Source: Eledone cirrhosa
Taxonomy: Eukaryota
Length of the DNA stretch: 64,000 nt
Assembly (NCBI GenBank): GCA_964016885.1
Contig: OZ024756.1
Span: forward strand, 43,338,001-43,402,000
Direction: 5' to 3'
Shown here: positions 62,001 to 64,000 of the stretch, one piece after another
How positions within the stretch are numbered: the stretch's first letter is position 1
How the letters are laid out: each line of letters starts with the position of its first letter
The notes under the pieces: generated by a model
Database searches by the model: none
Told to the model about the DNA's origin: nothing
The model's input: the letters and a program-made list of their open reading frames with translations, nothing else
Program-made: the position numbers and the translations under genes

Positions 62001-64000
62001 CACTAGAGACAGAAATTGGACACCCACTAGAAACAGACATTGGACACACACACTACAGACAGACATTGGACACACGCTAGAGACAGACATTGAACACACT
62101 AGAGACAGACATTGGACACACACTAGAGACAGACATTGGACACAGACACTTGACATATACATTGGACACACACAGTAGAGAAAGACATAGGACACACACT
62201 AGAGACAGACATTAGACACACACTAGAGACAGACATTGGACACACACTAGAGACAGACATTGGACACACACTAGAGACAGACATTGGACACACTAGAGAC
62301 AGACATTGGACACACACTAGAGACAGACATTGGACACACACTAGAGACAGACATTGGACACAGACACTAGAGACAGACATTGGACACACACAGAAGAGAA
62401 AGACATTGGACACACACTAGAGACAGACATTTGACACACACTAGAGACAGACATTGGACACACACTAGAGACAGACATTGGACACAGACACTAAAGACAG
62501 ACATTGGACACACACTAGAGACAGACATTGGACACACACTAGAGACAGACATTGGACACACACTAGAGACAGACATTAGACACACACTAGAGACAGACAT
62601 TGGACACACACTAGAGACAGAAATTGGACACCCACTAGAAACAGACATTGGACACACACACTACAGACAGACATTGGACACACGCTAGAGACAGACATTG
62701 AACACACTAGAGACAGACATTGGACACACACTAGAGACAGACATTGGACACAGACACTTGACATATACATTGGACACACACTAGAGACAGACATTGGACA
62801 CAGACACTAGACACATACATTGGACACACACAGGAGAGAAAGACATAGGACACACACTAGAGACAGACATTAGACACACACTAGAGACAGACATTGGACA
62901 CACACTAGAGACAGACATTGGACACACACTAGAGACAGACATTGGACACACATTAGAGTGAGACATTGGACACACACTAGAGACAGACATTGGACACACA
63001 CTAGAGACAGACATTTGACACACACAGTAGAGAAAGACATTGGACACACACTAGAGACAGACATTGGACACACACTAGAGAGAGATATTGGAGACACACA
63101 CTAGTGACCGACATTGGAGACACACACTAGAGACAGACATTGGACACACACTAGAGACAGACATTGGACACACACTAGAGACAGACATTGGACACACACT
63201 AGAGACAGACATTGGACACACACCAGAGACAGACATTGGACACACAATAGAGACAGACATTGGACACACACTAGAGACAGACATTAGACACACACTAGAG
63301 ACAGACATTGGACACACACTAGAGACAGAAATTGGACACCCACTAGAAACAGACATTGCACACACACACTAGAGACAGACATTGGACACACACTAGAGAC
63401 AGACATTGGACACACACTAGAGACAGACATTGGACACACACTAGAGACAGACATTGGACACACACTAGAGACAGACATTGGACACAGACACTAGACACAT
63501 ACATTGGACACACACAGTAGAGAATGACATAGGACACACACTAGAGACAGACATTAGACACACACTAGAGACAGACATTGGACACACACTAGAGACAGAC
63601 ATTGGACACACACTAGAGACAGACATTGGACACACTAGAGACAGACATTGGACACACACTAGAGACAGACATTGGACACACACTAGAGACAGACATTGGA
63701 CATAGACACTAGAGACAGACATTGGACACACACAGAAGAGAAAGACATTGGACACACACTAGAGACAGACATTTGACACACACTAGAGACAGACATTGGA
63801 CACACACTAGAGACAGACATTGGACACAGACACTAAAGACAGACATTGGACACACACTAGAGACAGACATTGGACACACACTAGAGACAGACATTGGACA
63901 CACACTAGAGACAGACATTGGACACACACTAGAGACAGATATTGGACACACACTAGAGACAGACATTAGACACACACTAGAGACAGACATTGGACACACA
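53095..64000. repeat. Second array of the same 24-bp satellite in the same orientation, ~450 monomers, with 608-bp HOR subunits; open at the right window edge
   Basis: Starts ATTGGACACACACTAG at 53095, with a degenerate monomer from ~53073. The +608 offset recurs (54203/54811, 56107/56715/57323, 61151/61759/62367). The marker CTAGTGACCGAC recurs at ~53.6, 55.5, 58.0, 60.1 and 63.1 kb (spacings 1950, 2486, 2072, 2998). Confidence 0.99.

Noticed and set aside
1-64000. CRISPR array
   Set aside because: Repeats are head-to-tail with no unique spacers, there are no cas genes, and the context is eukaryotic.
1-64000. Telomeric repeat
   Set aside because: There is no TTAGGG-like G-rich unit, the array carries HORs and many variants, and it is interrupted by exons.

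Overview
Eukaryotic, probably cephalopod (octopus-like) genomic DNA; the host is inferred only from the SINE fragments. About 96% of the window is one 24-bp satellite (consensus CTAGAGACAGACATTGGACACACA) in two same-orientation arrays, 1-50394 and 53095-64000. Both arrays are built from kb-scale higher-order repeat (HOR) blocks, and nearly all ORF-track entries are artefacts of this repeat. A ~2.7-kb island between the arrays holds two intact minus-strand exons, 52526-52212 and 51595-51269. Both are phase 1-1 with canonical splice sites, splice in frame, and encode a C2-like then a V-like immunoglobulin-superfamily (IgSF) domain. No start or terminal exon is visible, so the arrays appear to lie within giant introns (>=51 kb and >=11 kb) of this gene. 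The island also contains a CA-rich compound repeat, (AAG)34, a decayed Penelope-like remnant with a minimal hammerhead-ribozyme fold, two nested tRNA-derived SINE fragments with candidate TSDs, and a weak RTE-LINE-like fragment.
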